From a bacterium (GTDB taxonomy: Bacteria > UBA8248), in NCBI GenBank assembly GCA_965200245.1, contig CBDATS010000004.1, positions 128,001 to 192,000 of the forward strand: DNA of 64,000 nucleotides. The letters run 5' to 3'. Made by a program: the position numbers and the translations under genes. Below, piece by piece: positions 23,638 to 32,665 of the stretch (positions are counted from its first letter, which is position 1; every line of letters starts with the position of its first letter). The notes under the pieces were generated by a model, which worked only from the letters and a program-made list of their open reading frames with translations, did not search any database and was not told the origin of the DNA.

Positions 23638-23929
23638 CCGTCGTGGGGGAAACGGGCGGACTCTGCGACGGAACGAGAGTCGGGGGAGAATCCTCGGAGG
23701 ATTATTCCCCCGACTCTCACCGAAATAGTATTCAGTGAATCTTCTTGCTGCGGGGAAAACGGGCGGACTCTGCGGCAAGAACGGGAGCCGAGGATAATAT
23801 ACTTCGGGAGTTGAATCCTCGGCTCCCACTTCATATCAAAAGGTAATCCCTGCTACGGGGGAAACGGGCGGACCCTGTGGCAGGTCGAGAGCCGATGAAG
23901 TTTCCTAGGGGGAGTCTTCATCGGCTCTC
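23638..23929 (+). ncRNA. Three tandem two-hairpin structured repeats (~106 nt period); candidate ncRNA array
   Basis: Hairpin A (23638-23671, 23742-23781, 23849-23884) with loop RAAACGGGCGGA; hairpin B (23675-23718, 23783-23827, 23887-23929) with 13-14 bp Watson-Crick outer stems; stems covary between copies. Confidence 0.6.
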
Positions 23930-23939
23930 CCTTCTTCGC

Positions 23940-23968
23940 TTGACACTTGAAGCGGCTTCGCCTACTTT
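23940..23968 (+). promoter_or_regulatory. sigma70 promoter of tRNA-Ala(CGC)
   Basis: TTGACA-17nt-TACTTT, 14 bp before the tRNA. Confidence 0.65.
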
Positions 23969-23982
23969 CAAATTCCTTTTGT

Positions 23983-24058
23983 GGGGGTGTAGCTCAGATG
24001 GGAGAGCGCGTGGATCGCACCCACGAGGTCAGGGGTTCGAATCCCCTCACCTCCACCA
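23983..24058 (+). tRNA. tRNA-Ala(CGC)
   Basis: 76-nt cloverleaf; acceptor GGGGGTG/CACCTCC with G3:U70; anticodon arm CGTGG-ATCGCAC-CCACG; GTTCGAAT; encoded CCA. Confidence 0.96.
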
Positions 24059-24186
24059 GAATTTCAGTTTTGGGTTGATATTTCAGCTACTTGCAAGTCA
24101 TGCAGACAGGTCCTGGTTCATGGGTGCGTTAAAATGGTGCGTTGCCTGTGCATTCGGGATCTTCCTGTGTGGCAGGGAATCGCTTG
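24051..24186 (+). repeat. 136-bp inverted repeat, left copy
   Basis: Reverse complement of 24622-24757 with mismatches only at 24172 and 24175; contains GGTGCGTT twice (24123, 24136). Confidence 0.95.
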
Positions 24187-24690
24187 GGCTTCTGCATTTT
24201 CCAGTGCTGTATTCCCGGACACCTGAGGAAGGCCAACCCTTCCCTAGGCCGGTCTTTCCGGAAATCCCTGCACACCCGCAACAGGAGGAAGGCGCTGCGG
24301 CATGCCAAGGTGCTTTCAGTCATGATGGACGAACTGGCGAAACAGTATTTTCATGACGCTGCACCCTGTGCAAGGGCACTGAAACTCCTTCAGGAGTACA
24401 GGTCCGCGGAGAACCTGTATCCGACGTGGAAGCAGTTTGAAGAACATTTCCTGATGGATCTCGATGACCGTGAGATGAATTTGCTGAAGCGAATCATTGC
24501 CCACAGGGAAGCAATGGCGATGACCCGGCCATCTTCCCGTCCGGTTCCGGACATGGCAAAACTGGAAACCCGTTTGCAGGAACTCCTGCAGGAACAGACC
24601 AGGCACATGTCACTGGAAAATCAAGCGATTCCTTGTCACACAGGAAGATCCCGAATGCACAGGCAACGCACCATTTTAACGCACCCATGA
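24142..24690 (+). pseudogene. Integrase N-terminal (DUF6538-like) remnant
   Basis: NRLG..IFQ..IP.HLR....GRSFRKSLHTRNRRKALRHA resembles the DUF6538 pattern; no tyrosine-recombinase catalytic motifs. Confidence 0.6.
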
Positions 24691-24757
24691 ACCAGGACCT
24701 GTCTGCATGACTTGCAAGTAGCTGAAATATCAACCCAAAACTGAAATTCTGGTGGAG
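24622..24757 (-). repeat. 136-bp inverted repeat, right copy
   Basis: Mate of 24051-24186; begins in the 3' end of tRNA-Ala(GGC). Confidence 0.95.
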
Positions 24758-24825
24758 CTGAGGGGGATCGAACCCCTGACCTCATGACTGCCAGTCATGC
24801 GCTCTCCCAGCTGAGCTACAGCCCC
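24750..24825 (-). tRNA. tRNA-Ala(GGC)
   Basis: GGGGCTGTAGCTCAGCTGGGAGAGCG CATGA-CTGGCAG-TCATG ...GTTCGATC...CAGCTCCACCA; G3:U70; C32-G38. Confidence 0.96.
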
Positions 24826-24922
24826 AAGCAAGAGGAATTTCCTGAAACCCCCGCGGGGTGCGAAGAAATGTAACGGAAACCGCGCGTCCTCGTCAACGCG
24901 CAAACGAGTGGAACATACGCCC

Positions 24923-26002
24923 TCAGCTTCGGATATCCGGCTCTCCAACGAACGCGCGCACCTGCGCCGCAAGCTTCGTGAAATCGGCGCCGCCCGTTGT
25001 ATCCTCGGCCAGGATTTCCACCTCTTCAGGACCTCTTGCCCCGAGCCCGAGTTCGGCCGCGCGCCTGATCTGCCTGTGCGACCAGACGGGATAATCGCGC
25101 AGAAGTTCGGAACCCATCGCGCGCACCACCGAGGCACCCACGACATCCACAGCGATACGGTCATCCCCTGCTATCATCACGTTCGGTTCCCGCTCTTCCC
25201 CGGTATAGGGGCCGCCCGATATCCAGCATTTCGTCCCGTCGAGCATGATGAGAGAAGGCGCGTAGAGCAGGTTCGTCTCCATAATCATCTCTGCCATCTG
25301 GGAGACGAAATGTGCGCGAACGCGGTCTCTCGGATGCACGAACCCGTATACGTTCTTGAGTGAGAGGCTGAAGCGCGGTCCCCCGCCGTGGCTCTTCATG
25401 GTGGGCAGGTTGACGATGTGCTGACCGGGCCCCATGAGGCGCTTGATGCAGTGGACCCATCCACCCCAGCGAATCGCCTCGGGCACGCGGGCCTTCACCC
25501 AAGGTTCCTCATCGAAACGAAGCAGGCTCACGCCTGTTCTTTCCTGAAAGTCGTTCATTCCCCAGCGTTCGAAGTTCTCCCGTGCGGGGAGGGAGAGGAG
25601 ACCTCCCATCTCACCCACGGCCAGATCGTCACAACCCGCCTCTTTCAGAAGGGCGACGACAGTTTCCAGCGTATCGGGATGCGTCGAAGCCGGAAACGGA
25701 TCGGCCGAGTTGAAGTTGGGCTTCAAGAGCACGGGGGCGGGAGAATCGATGACGTGGCGGATTCCACCTAATTTCTCGACCGCCAAGCGTATGGCCTCAT
25801 CTCGCGTTTCCCCGCGCACCAAGGCCACGAGGCTCCTGCCCTCTTTCTTGAGCCTGGGCTGCCGAAGGAGCGGAACTTCCGCTTCAGGGTAAACTTGTTT
25901 CGTCTCCTGAAGGTCGCGGTAGGCGACCGCCTCGTCGCGGTCGAGGGTGCCCCTGAACTTCTCGGCGCGCGTCGCCACCGGAGTATCGAGCGGTACTATC
26001 AT
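24923..26002 (-). CDS. DUF362 domain protein
   Basis: VLLKPNFN, STHP, VNLPTMKSH, SLSLKN.YG, DRIAVD; GGAGG RBS before ATG 26002. Confidence 0.85.
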   Translation of the reverse strand: MIVPLDTPVATRAEKFRGTLDRDEAVAYRDLQETKQVYPEAEVPLLRQPRLKKEGRSLVALVRGETRDEAIRLAVEKLGGIRHVIDSPAPVLLKPNFNSADPFPASTHPDTLETVVALLKEAGCDDLAVGEMGGLLSLPARENFERWGMNDFQERTGVSLLRFDEEPWVKARVPEAIRWGGWVHCIKRLMGPGQHIVNLPTMKSHGGGPRFSLSLKNVYGFVHPRDRVRAHFVSQMAEMIMETNLLYAPSLIMLDGTKCWISGGPYTGEEREPNVMIAGDDRIAVDVVGASVVRAMGSELLRDYPVWSHRQIRRAAELGLGARGPEEVEILAEDTTGGADFTKLAAQVRAFVGEPDIRS

Positions 26003-26286
26003 TCTCACACCCTCCCAAAGAAGATGATTTTTCTTCATTCCGGAAAATTCATTCTACCCCGACGGACAGAATTGAGAAATCGTGTCCAGGTGTTACTTTT
26101 TTCTTCCCTGTCCGGTATCGCATCGTGAAGTGGAAAGCGCGATTCAGGTTTCCTTCGATCCCAACCTGTACTAGACTCAGCCCCGATCAGCGCAAAGCAG
26201 GACAAGCGAGTCCAACAGTAGCATTGCCTCCCGAGGCCTCCAAAAGCGCATTCAAGACGTTTTTAAGACTTTAAGGAAGTTTTTAT

Positions 26287-27114
26287 ATGCTTTTTTTCGT
26301 TCAGTTCCTGGTGATGGGCTTGGGCGTTGGTCTGCTGGGCACGCTGGTGGGCGCAGGTGGCGGGTTCATACTGACACCCCTGCTCTTGCTGATCTTCACC
26401 GACCAGCCCTCAGAAACCATCGCCGCCACCTCGCTGAGCGTGGTCTGCCTGAATGCCCTTTCGGGTTCCATCGCCTATTATCGTCAAAAACGAATCGACA
26501 TGAAGACAAGCGTTTCCTTCGCCCTGGCCGGATCGGTCGGGGCGGTAATCGGCGTCTTTACCACGAGCGAGGTCGCGCGCGGGCCATTCGACTTTCTGCT
26601 GGGCCTAGCCCTGCTCGTTCTTTGCATCTCCCTCATCAACCCACCGCCCCCCTTGGAAGCAACGCGTTCGGGTTCGGGCGGTCTGGCGCACAGGCGAATC
26701 GTGGACAGTCAGGGCAAAGTCTATGAATACGCCTTCCGTTTCCGGCTCGGTGCCTTCCTGAGCTCCATCGTGGGTTTTCTGGCGACCTTCCTGGGCATCG
26801 GGGGCGGTCCCATGCACGTACCCCTGATGATACGGATTCTGCGCATCCCGCCCCATATCGCCACGGCCACCTCGCAGTGCGAGCTTCTCTTCACAACCGC
26901 CCTCGCGGTGGCAGTTCATTTCATTCTCGGAAACCTCTACGCGATGAAGAGCATTGTTCTTCCCCTCGCGATCGGGATAATCGTAGGCGCGCAGGCGGGA
27001 GCCTCCATCTCCCACAAGGTGAAATCCATCACCCTGACACGAATCCTGGTAGTGCTCATGACACTCGTTTCCCTGCAGCTTCTCTACAAGGGCGCAAGCG
27101 AGTGGTTCTGGTAG
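26287..27114 (+). CDS. TauE/SafE (TSUP) family membrane transporter
   Basis: GAGGGFILTP and GIGGGPMHVP repeats, ATATS, about 8 TM segments. Confidence 0.88.
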   Translation: MLFFVQFLVMGLGVGLLGTLVGAGGGFILTPLLLLIFTDQPSETIAATSLSVVCLNALSGSIAYYRQKRIDMKTSVSFALAGSVGAVIGVFTTSEVARGPFDFLLGLALLVLCISLINPPPPLEATRSGSGGLAHRRIVDSQGKVYEYAFRFRLGAFLSSIVGFLATFLGIGGGPMHVPLMIRILRIPPHIATATSQCELLFTTALAVAVHFILGNLYAMKSIVLPLAIGIIVGAQAGASISHKVKSITLTRILVVLMTLVSLQLLYKGASEWFW

Positions 27115-27240
27115 AAGACGTGTATCGCTGGCGAATCGGCGTGGCGTGTGTGAGAATGCGGTTTTGGGAGAAAGACTATTTGGATCACCCCATTAACACA
27201 GCGTCTGCCGGAAACGGCGGTCGGGAAGGAGAGTTTGAAC

Positions 27241-28023
27241 ATGTCGGATAGAGTGACCGTTGTAGAGGTCAAGGACAAAACCCTTTGGGTGGGGCTCAAC
27301 CGCCCCAAAACACTGAACGCCATGAATTTTCAGATGATCAACGAAGTCATCGAAGCCTTCACCCGGCTCGACGAGGATCCCGACATCGGCGTGGGCGTCC
27401 TGTACGGCCTGAACGGGAACTTCTCATCGGGTGGCGACATGGACATGATGCTGGGGCTCAACTACCAAACGGGCCATGTCTGGAATAACAAGATGCGTCG
27501 GCTGTGCATGACGCTCAGGAATTCGGGCAAACCGACCATCGCCATGGTGCGCGGCTGGTGCATCGGCGGCGGAAACGAGTGGCAGCTTTATTGCGATCTG
27601 TGCATCGCGAGCGAGAACGCGACATTCGGCCAGTCCGGCGCGCGCGTGGGTGCGCTGCCCGTGGTGGGTGCTACGCAGTACCTCCCGCTTCTGATGGGCG
27701 ACCGCAGGGCTCGCGAGATGCTGTTCATGGCAAAGCGTTACCCCGCGCAGGAAGCAAAGGAAGTCGGCCTGATCAACGAAGTCGTACCGGACGATCAACT
27801 CGAGAAAACAACCGAAGAGTGGTGTGCCACTATCAATTCCCACGCCCCGGCCACGCTGCGCTACATGAAGACGAACCTGAACTTCCTGGGCGACCTACAC
27901 TACCCCTCCTGGATGCACGGCAGCGAACTTCTGAACGCCGTGTGGAACAACGAGCAATCCGTCGAGGGAATGAACGCGTTCAAGGAAAAAAGGCCACCCG
28001 ACTTCAGCCGCTTCCCCCGCTAG
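27241..28023 (+). CDS. Crotonase-family enzyme of the MenB/BadI (ring-cleaving acyl-CoA hydrolase) type
   Basis: FSSGGD, GWCIGGGNE, CDL, FGQSGARVG, EGMNAFKEKRPPDF. Confidence 0.75.
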   Translation: MSDRVTVVEVKDKTLWVGLNRPKTLNAMNFQMINEVIEAFTRLDEDPDIGVGVLYGLNGNFSSGGDMDMMLGLNYQTGHVWNNKMRRLCMTLRNSGKPTIAMVRGWCIGGGNEWQLYCDLCIASENATFGQSGARVGALPVVGATQYLPLLMGDRRAREMLFMAKRYPAQEAKEVGLINEVVPDDQLEKTTEEWCATINSHAPATLRYMKTNLNFLGDLHYPSWMHGSELLNAVWNNEQSVEGMNAFKEKRPPDFSRFPR

Positions 28024-28139
28024 GGGCGGCGGAAAACCGGGAATTCCCTCCGGAAGGCGAGGTGTGTCATCTTGAGTCGGCGGGTGCATTGTGCCTGAGC
28101 GACTGTGGGTTCAAGCAATATGCCATCTCATTCGTGATC

Positions 28140-28520
28140 GCGCTCGGAGGAAAGGGATGGATACACGAGGTGAACGCATTGTGGCGGTGTACGCGGGATG
28201 ACCCGGACGCGAATTTCGCTTCGTGGGCAAGAAGGCCTTGGACTGACTGCTGCTCCCGCGCGGATGTGTTCGGCTCATGGGCGGAAAGTTGCGCCAGTGT
28301 CGTGATTTAAGGCGACAGCATGGAACCTTAGCTTCCCAATGGCTGTTTCGTCCTCATCGACACGAGTGACAAAACGCCGCATAAAGACGCCATATTCGTC
28401 CTACGTACGTCGAAGAGGCGGTGCATGGAAATACACACATCAAGATGATCGATGCGAACCACATCGCCCTCATCCCGGTAAGCCGTACGGAGTTTTGCGT
28501 GCAAATCTGCGAGTTGGCGG
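28140..28520 (+). pseudogene. S24 peptidase (LexA/CI repressor C-terminal) remnant
   Basis: In-frame ...SVVI*GDSMEP*LPNGCFVLIDTSDKTPHKDAIFVL (GDSMEP at 28311-28328) with two stops; boundaries approximate. Confidence 0.65.
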
Positions 28521-28606
28521 CAGGCCAAAGCCCGAGATCAGAACTGTCGGGAGGGTCGTCCGGTGCGCCCCTTGCCTCCAGGATAAGGTGACAAGCGGCC
28601 TGGCGG

Positions 28607-29272
28607 CTAGCGGGCGTAACCCCTGCGCCTGTAGACCCCGGGAGAGCCGGGTTCTTGGCGATAATAGCTTCGCACGCGCGCCGTCCACTCGGAGGCGTTC
28701 ATGTGCTTCCATTCCGGTGTTTCACGTACGGACTCATCCTCCATCTCATAGAGGACGAGCATGAGACGTTTTCCCTCCACGGGGCTATAGCGACGCATGC
28801 GCTTCATCCCGGGCACCTTCTCACAAAGGGGACCACGGTCCTGTGAATACCAGCCGTTGAAATCGGCGAGCCTCTCTTGAGGCACGTTGATTCTGCCAAA
28901 CTGGACGATAGGCGCGAGACCCGCCGCGTCCACCGAGGGGAAATCGGGTGGCCGGGCTGGCAAGCCTGGATAGACCTGTGCGGATACGAGGCGAATGTGG
29001 GTTTCAGGTACCATGGGTAAGCGCATTTCATCGGATTCCATGAGCGAGGAGAACTCCTCGCCGTAGAACACATGGACGTTTTGCGCCTCCACGAGACTCA
29101 GGAAACGTGGCGTGCCGTCTATGGCCTCATAACTCGCCGCTCCACCCACCCCCGGGATTTCGAGTATCCGCGACAGACGGACCTTATCGATCCACGCGAG
29201 CGCCTGCTCACTCTCGCCTTCCGCGAAGTCGAACAATTCGGCGAGCAAACCCATGCCATGTGTGCGTACCAA
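28607..29272 (-). CDS. Hypothetical protein with two EthD/DUF4286-like alpha-beta barrel domains
   Basis: Two similar halves: W...R....L.IPGV....YE...RFL.L.E and FNGWY...R.P...KVPG....RY......LYE. Confidence 0.6.
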   Translation of the reverse strand: MVRTHGMGLLAELFDFAEGESEQALAWIDKVRLSRILEIPGVGGAASYEAIDGTPRFLSLVEAQNVHVFYGEEFSSLMESDEMRLPMVPETHIRLVSAQVYPGLPARPPDFPSVDAAGLAPIVQFGRINVPQERLADFNGWYSQDRGPLCEKVPGMKRMRRYSPVEGKRLMLVLYEMEDESVRETPEWKHMNASEWTARVRSYYRQEPGSPGVYRRRGYAR

Positions 29273-29321
29273 AACCGTCTTGCCTCTTTGACGACGGGAA
29301 ACAGAACAGGGAAAACCTACA

Positions 29322-29633
29322 CTATTTCTTCTGGAGAGCCACCCGTATCGTGCCCCCGTACTGCGCGGCCACGAGATGATGAGGGCGATACCCTTCCTTG
29401 ATGATTTCGACAGTAAACGTATCCGCGTAGTGATCCTTTATCTTCTTCCAGGGGATGAGGACCGGCGACTGGCCAATCTTCTCCTTGCCGAGTTTCACGG
29501 TGGCGCCCGGAGGATCGGTGATCACTTCCACTCCACGCGGAACCATGTCGCCACACCCACTTGAAACGACAAAGGCAACGAGAAGCGCCAATCCCAGGCC
29601 GAGGATATTGCGCATTCCTTGTTTCTCCTTCAT
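29322..29633 (-). CDS. PEGA-domain lipoprotein
   Basis: Lipobox SSGC; V.TDPPGATV......IG.SP...KEGY. Confidence 0.7.
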   Translation of the reverse strand: MKEKQGMRNILGLGLALLVAFVVSSGCGDMVPRGVEVITDPPGATVKLGKEKIGQSPVLIPWKKIKDHYADTFTVEIIKEGYRPHHLVAAQYGGTIRVALQKK

Positions 29634-29780
29634 TGTTTTGCCAGTCGAATACCATATATTTGAAGCGGGCGCGACCTAAAGACCCCCGCCTTGACTTTCG
29701 GGGGATTATGAACGCATACCTTGACAAAAGCCAGCCCGAAACGCACCTAGGCGAGAATATCGAAAGGAGAGGAGTTTCGT

Positions 29781-30242
29781 TTGCTCAGGCACCGCTATTA
29801 TTTCGACCTCATACTCACGGGTCTGGATAAATACAACCTCGCCGACTGCATCGTGGACGAATACCTGCCCTTAACCGCGCAGATGCCCATCTGGGAGATC
29901 ATGGAAAAAATACGAAAGGGGCACTTCCATTTCGAGCATGAAAGCACGGAGCCACTGGAGGAATTTCCGAAAAATTTCGAGGCCTTCAGCGCTTATCTCC
30001 ACCAAGTGATCAAGGGCTTTCACGCGGTAGAAAACGGTGTTCAACTCCTCGAAGCCCACAAAATCCTGGCGCTTCGGGGAGAGGTGGTCACGCTTCCCTT
30101 GAGGCTCCCGCCCACGCTTCTGCTTAACGATCTGGACCCCGACGCGGATGACCTCGACCACATCGAAGCCCGCTGGCCGGGATATCCGCGCTGGTTCCAG
30201 GACGGGATGCGAAGAAAACATCCCTACCTGAGACGTCTTTAG
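29781..30242 (+). CDS. Hypothetical protein
   Basis: AAGGAG RBS, TTG start, globular composition, fills the gap between genes. Confidence 0.65.
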   Translation: MLRHRYYFDLILTGLDKYNLADCIVDEYLPLTAQMPIWEIMEKIRKGHFHFEHESTEPLEEFPKNFEAFSAYLHQVIKGFHAVENGVQLLEAHKILALRGEVVTLPLRLPPTLLLNDLDPDADDLDHIEARWPGYPRWFQDGMRRKHPYLRRL

Positions 30243-30261
30243 GAAGACCAGGAAAAACGAA

Positions 30262-31794
30262 TCAGGGACTGAGTTTCAGAAAATTCGCGTCGCTCTCATC
30301 GCCGTAGCGTTCGAGCACCTCGTCTGCGTCATCTGTGCGGGACGTTTCTTCGGGTGATGATTCGCTCTGATCCCCATCGCTCGCCCTATCCACCTCCTGC
30401 GCCTTCGGGATGTCACCTGCGGACAAAAGTTGCGCGCCGTTTTCTTCATCATCCGTTTCACGCGCCTGGAGCGCGCGCGGAGACCTCTCCAGAGGAGATA
30501 CCCGATCGATGTCGCCTTCCGAGTCCGTTACACCCGACACGGCACCCAGTTCCCGAAACTTCCGCGCCGTGACCAGAACACGGGATTCATAGGAACCCAC
30601 CGCCTTGTTGTAGGTATCGACCGCCTTGTCCAGTCCCTTGCCCATGGCCACGAAGTGTCCCGAGAGATTCTTGATGCGCTTATAAAGTTCCTGACCGAGC
30701 GCACTGACTGCCTGGGCACTCTCGGCCACCTTCTCCTGCCGCCAGCCGTAGGCCACTGCGCGCAATAGGGCGATAAGCGTCGTGGGCGTCGCCAGAATGA
30801 CCTGGCGGCTCACACCCTCCTCAATCAGGCCGGGTTCCTGTTCCAGAGCCGCACTGAAGAAACTTTCTCCGGGCAGGAACATGGCCACGAACTCAGGCGT
30901 GGATTCGCACTGATCCCAATACGCCTTGGAACTGAGTCGGTTCATATGGTCCCGAATCTGGCGCGCGTGCTCAGCCAGGAGGGCGCGACGCACATCCTCA
31001 TCTTCCGCTTCGATCGATTTCAAGTAGGCTTCGAGCGGTGCCTTGGCGTCGACCACAACGTTCTTTCCGCCGGGTAGCTTCACGATAAGGTCGGGGCGCA
31101 GGCGTGTCTTCTCACCCTCGATCGTCTGCTGCTCCACGAAGTCGCAGTACGCCACCATGCCAGCCATCTCCACCACACGCCTTAACTGCATCTCCCCCCA
31201 GCGACCGCGCACATTGGGCGCGCGCAAAGCCTTCACCAGGTTCCCCGTCTCCGATTGAAGCTCCTTCTGGCTGATCGCGAGGGACTTGACCTGCTCGGTA
31301 AGCGATCCGTAGGCCTCCCGTCTGGCCTTTTCGAGGTCCTCCACCTGACCACCCACCTTTTCGAGCGACTCCCGGATGGGAGCAACGAGGGTTTCCACCG
31401 CCTTCTGACGCGCATCCAAGTCGCCTTTGGCCTCACTCTGAAATTTCTCGAGCGTCGCCTTCGCCAGATCGAGAAAAGAGGTGTTGTTACTCTTCAGGGC
31501 ATCTGCGCTCAGCGCGCCGAAGCTCTCGCGCATCTCCTCCGTCGCGCCGCGAAGCAGGTCGATCTTCTCCTGCGCAGATTTGCGCTCGTGCGCCAAATCG
31601 GATTCCAAGCGCGCCACGTCGGCCAACAAGCCCATGTTCTTCTTGAGTTCCGCGGCGTGAGCCTCCTGGGCATCTGTCTTTTCCATCTCGGCGTTGCGAA
31701 GCATCTGAGAAAGCGACGAAATCTGCGTCCTCATGGCGAGCCAACAGAGAAAGACGAGAGCGACAGCTCCCACCGCGACGTGCCATATTTCCAT
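30262..31794 (-). CDS. rmuC: DNA recombination protein RmuC
   Basis: N-terminal TM and coiled coil; RGRWGEMQL, RPDLIVKLPG, VVDAK, PEFVAMFLPGE, TPTTLIALL. Confidence 0.93.
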   Translation of the reverse strand: MEIWHVAVGAVALVFLCWLAMRTQISSLSQMLRNAEMEKTDAQEAHAAELKKNMGLLADVARLESDLAHERKSAQEKIDLLRGATEEMRESFGALSADALKSNNTSFLDLAKATLEKFQSEAKGDLDARQKAVETLVAPIRESLEKVGGQVEDLEKARREAYGSLTEQVKSLAISQKELQSETGNLVKALRAPNVRGRWGEMQLRRVVEMAGMVAYCDFVEQQTIEGEKTRLRPDLIVKLPGGKNVVVDAKAPLEAYLKSIEAEDEDVRRALLAEHARQIRDHMNRLSSKAYWDQCESTPEFVAMFLPGESFFSAALEQEPGLIEEGVSRQVILATPTTLIALLRAVAYGWRQEKVAESAQAVSALGQELYKRIKNLSGHFVAMGKGLDKAVDTYNKAVGSYESRVLVTARKFRELGAVSGVTDSEGDIDRVSPLERSPRALQARETDDEENGAQLLSAGDIPKAQEVDRASDGDQSESSPEETSRTDDADEVLERYGDESDANFLKLSP

Positions 31795-31996
31795 ATGGAG
31801 TTCCCCGGTGGTGATGGTTTCAAGATGCGGGCGGGCCAAGAAAATTCAACGAAAATTATACTAGGGTTCGCAGAAAAATACACATCGGGCGATCATGAAA
31901 TTCTTCTTTACACGCATGAAATGTCTCTTCCGCGAAGCACAAGGGTTCACCCAGACTTCATGGAAAGAGAGTTCTGTCCCTCTCCGTCATATAGAA

Positions 31997-32260
31997 TTAT
32001 TCTTCCTCAAGCCGAACGGCGGTGTCGATGAGGATGCGGTAAATTTGCTCAAGCGTCTCGGGCGGACACGGACCATCGTTGCTGCCGAGCACCCTGGCGA
32101 AGACCTCATTTTCGCGTCCTTCGTCCTTGACGGCGATGCCGCGCGCATTCTTGTATTCACCGACTTCGAGACAGATTTTCAGTCGATCATTGATAAGGCG
32201 GATTATCTGCACATCGCACGCGTCGATCCGCTCCCTGAATCCGGACAATCCATCCGACAT
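31997..32260 (-). CDS. Monofunctional chorismate mutase (AroQ type)
   Basis: RERIDACD..IIRLINDR....VGEYK....D..RE..V. Confidence 0.85.
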   Translation of the reverse strand: MSDGLSGFRERIDACDVQIIRLINDRLKICLEVGEYKNARGIAVKDEGRENEVFARVLGSNDGPCPPETLEQIYRILIDTAVRLEEE

Positions 32261-32533
32261 GCCGCGCTCCATTTCAAGGACATAATAATACAGGAAAAAT
32301 CATTATACCATGATTCGCGGCAGATTCATTCCCTCAGGCCAAATCCGTGTAAAAACGCCTCCCTCTGGCCTTTTCCCCGCTCGGGAGGTACCTTAGGAGG
32401 TGTGATTTTCATGCTGTCCACGATATAAATCGGGAATTATAAGGACGTTTTGACAACAACCTGCGATACCCAAATAAATTCAATGACTTAAACGGATTTT
32501 TCGGAATTCGTCAGCAATCATGCTTTTTCTGTG

Positions 32534-32546
32534 CAAGTTATTGATA
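32534..32546 (-). promoter_or_regulatory. IHF-consensus site in the AT-rich region before the autotransporter gene
   Basis: Minus strand TATCAATAACTTG matches WATCAANNNNTTR. Confidence 0.4.
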
Positions 32547-32665
32547 TTTCTTATGTTATAATTTTTCTTTATAATTTCTTGCAAATTTGGTAAGTTGCCC
32601 TTGTGCGAGACACGACTTTTTCACTGTCCATATGTAGATATTCTCCCGAAAAAGGAGTTCTTCCC

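Noticed and set aside
23638-23929. CRISPR array interpretation of the triple repeat
   Set aside because: Period about 106 nt, repeats not identical, intervening parts are homologous hairpins rather than unique spacers, and no cas genes in the window.
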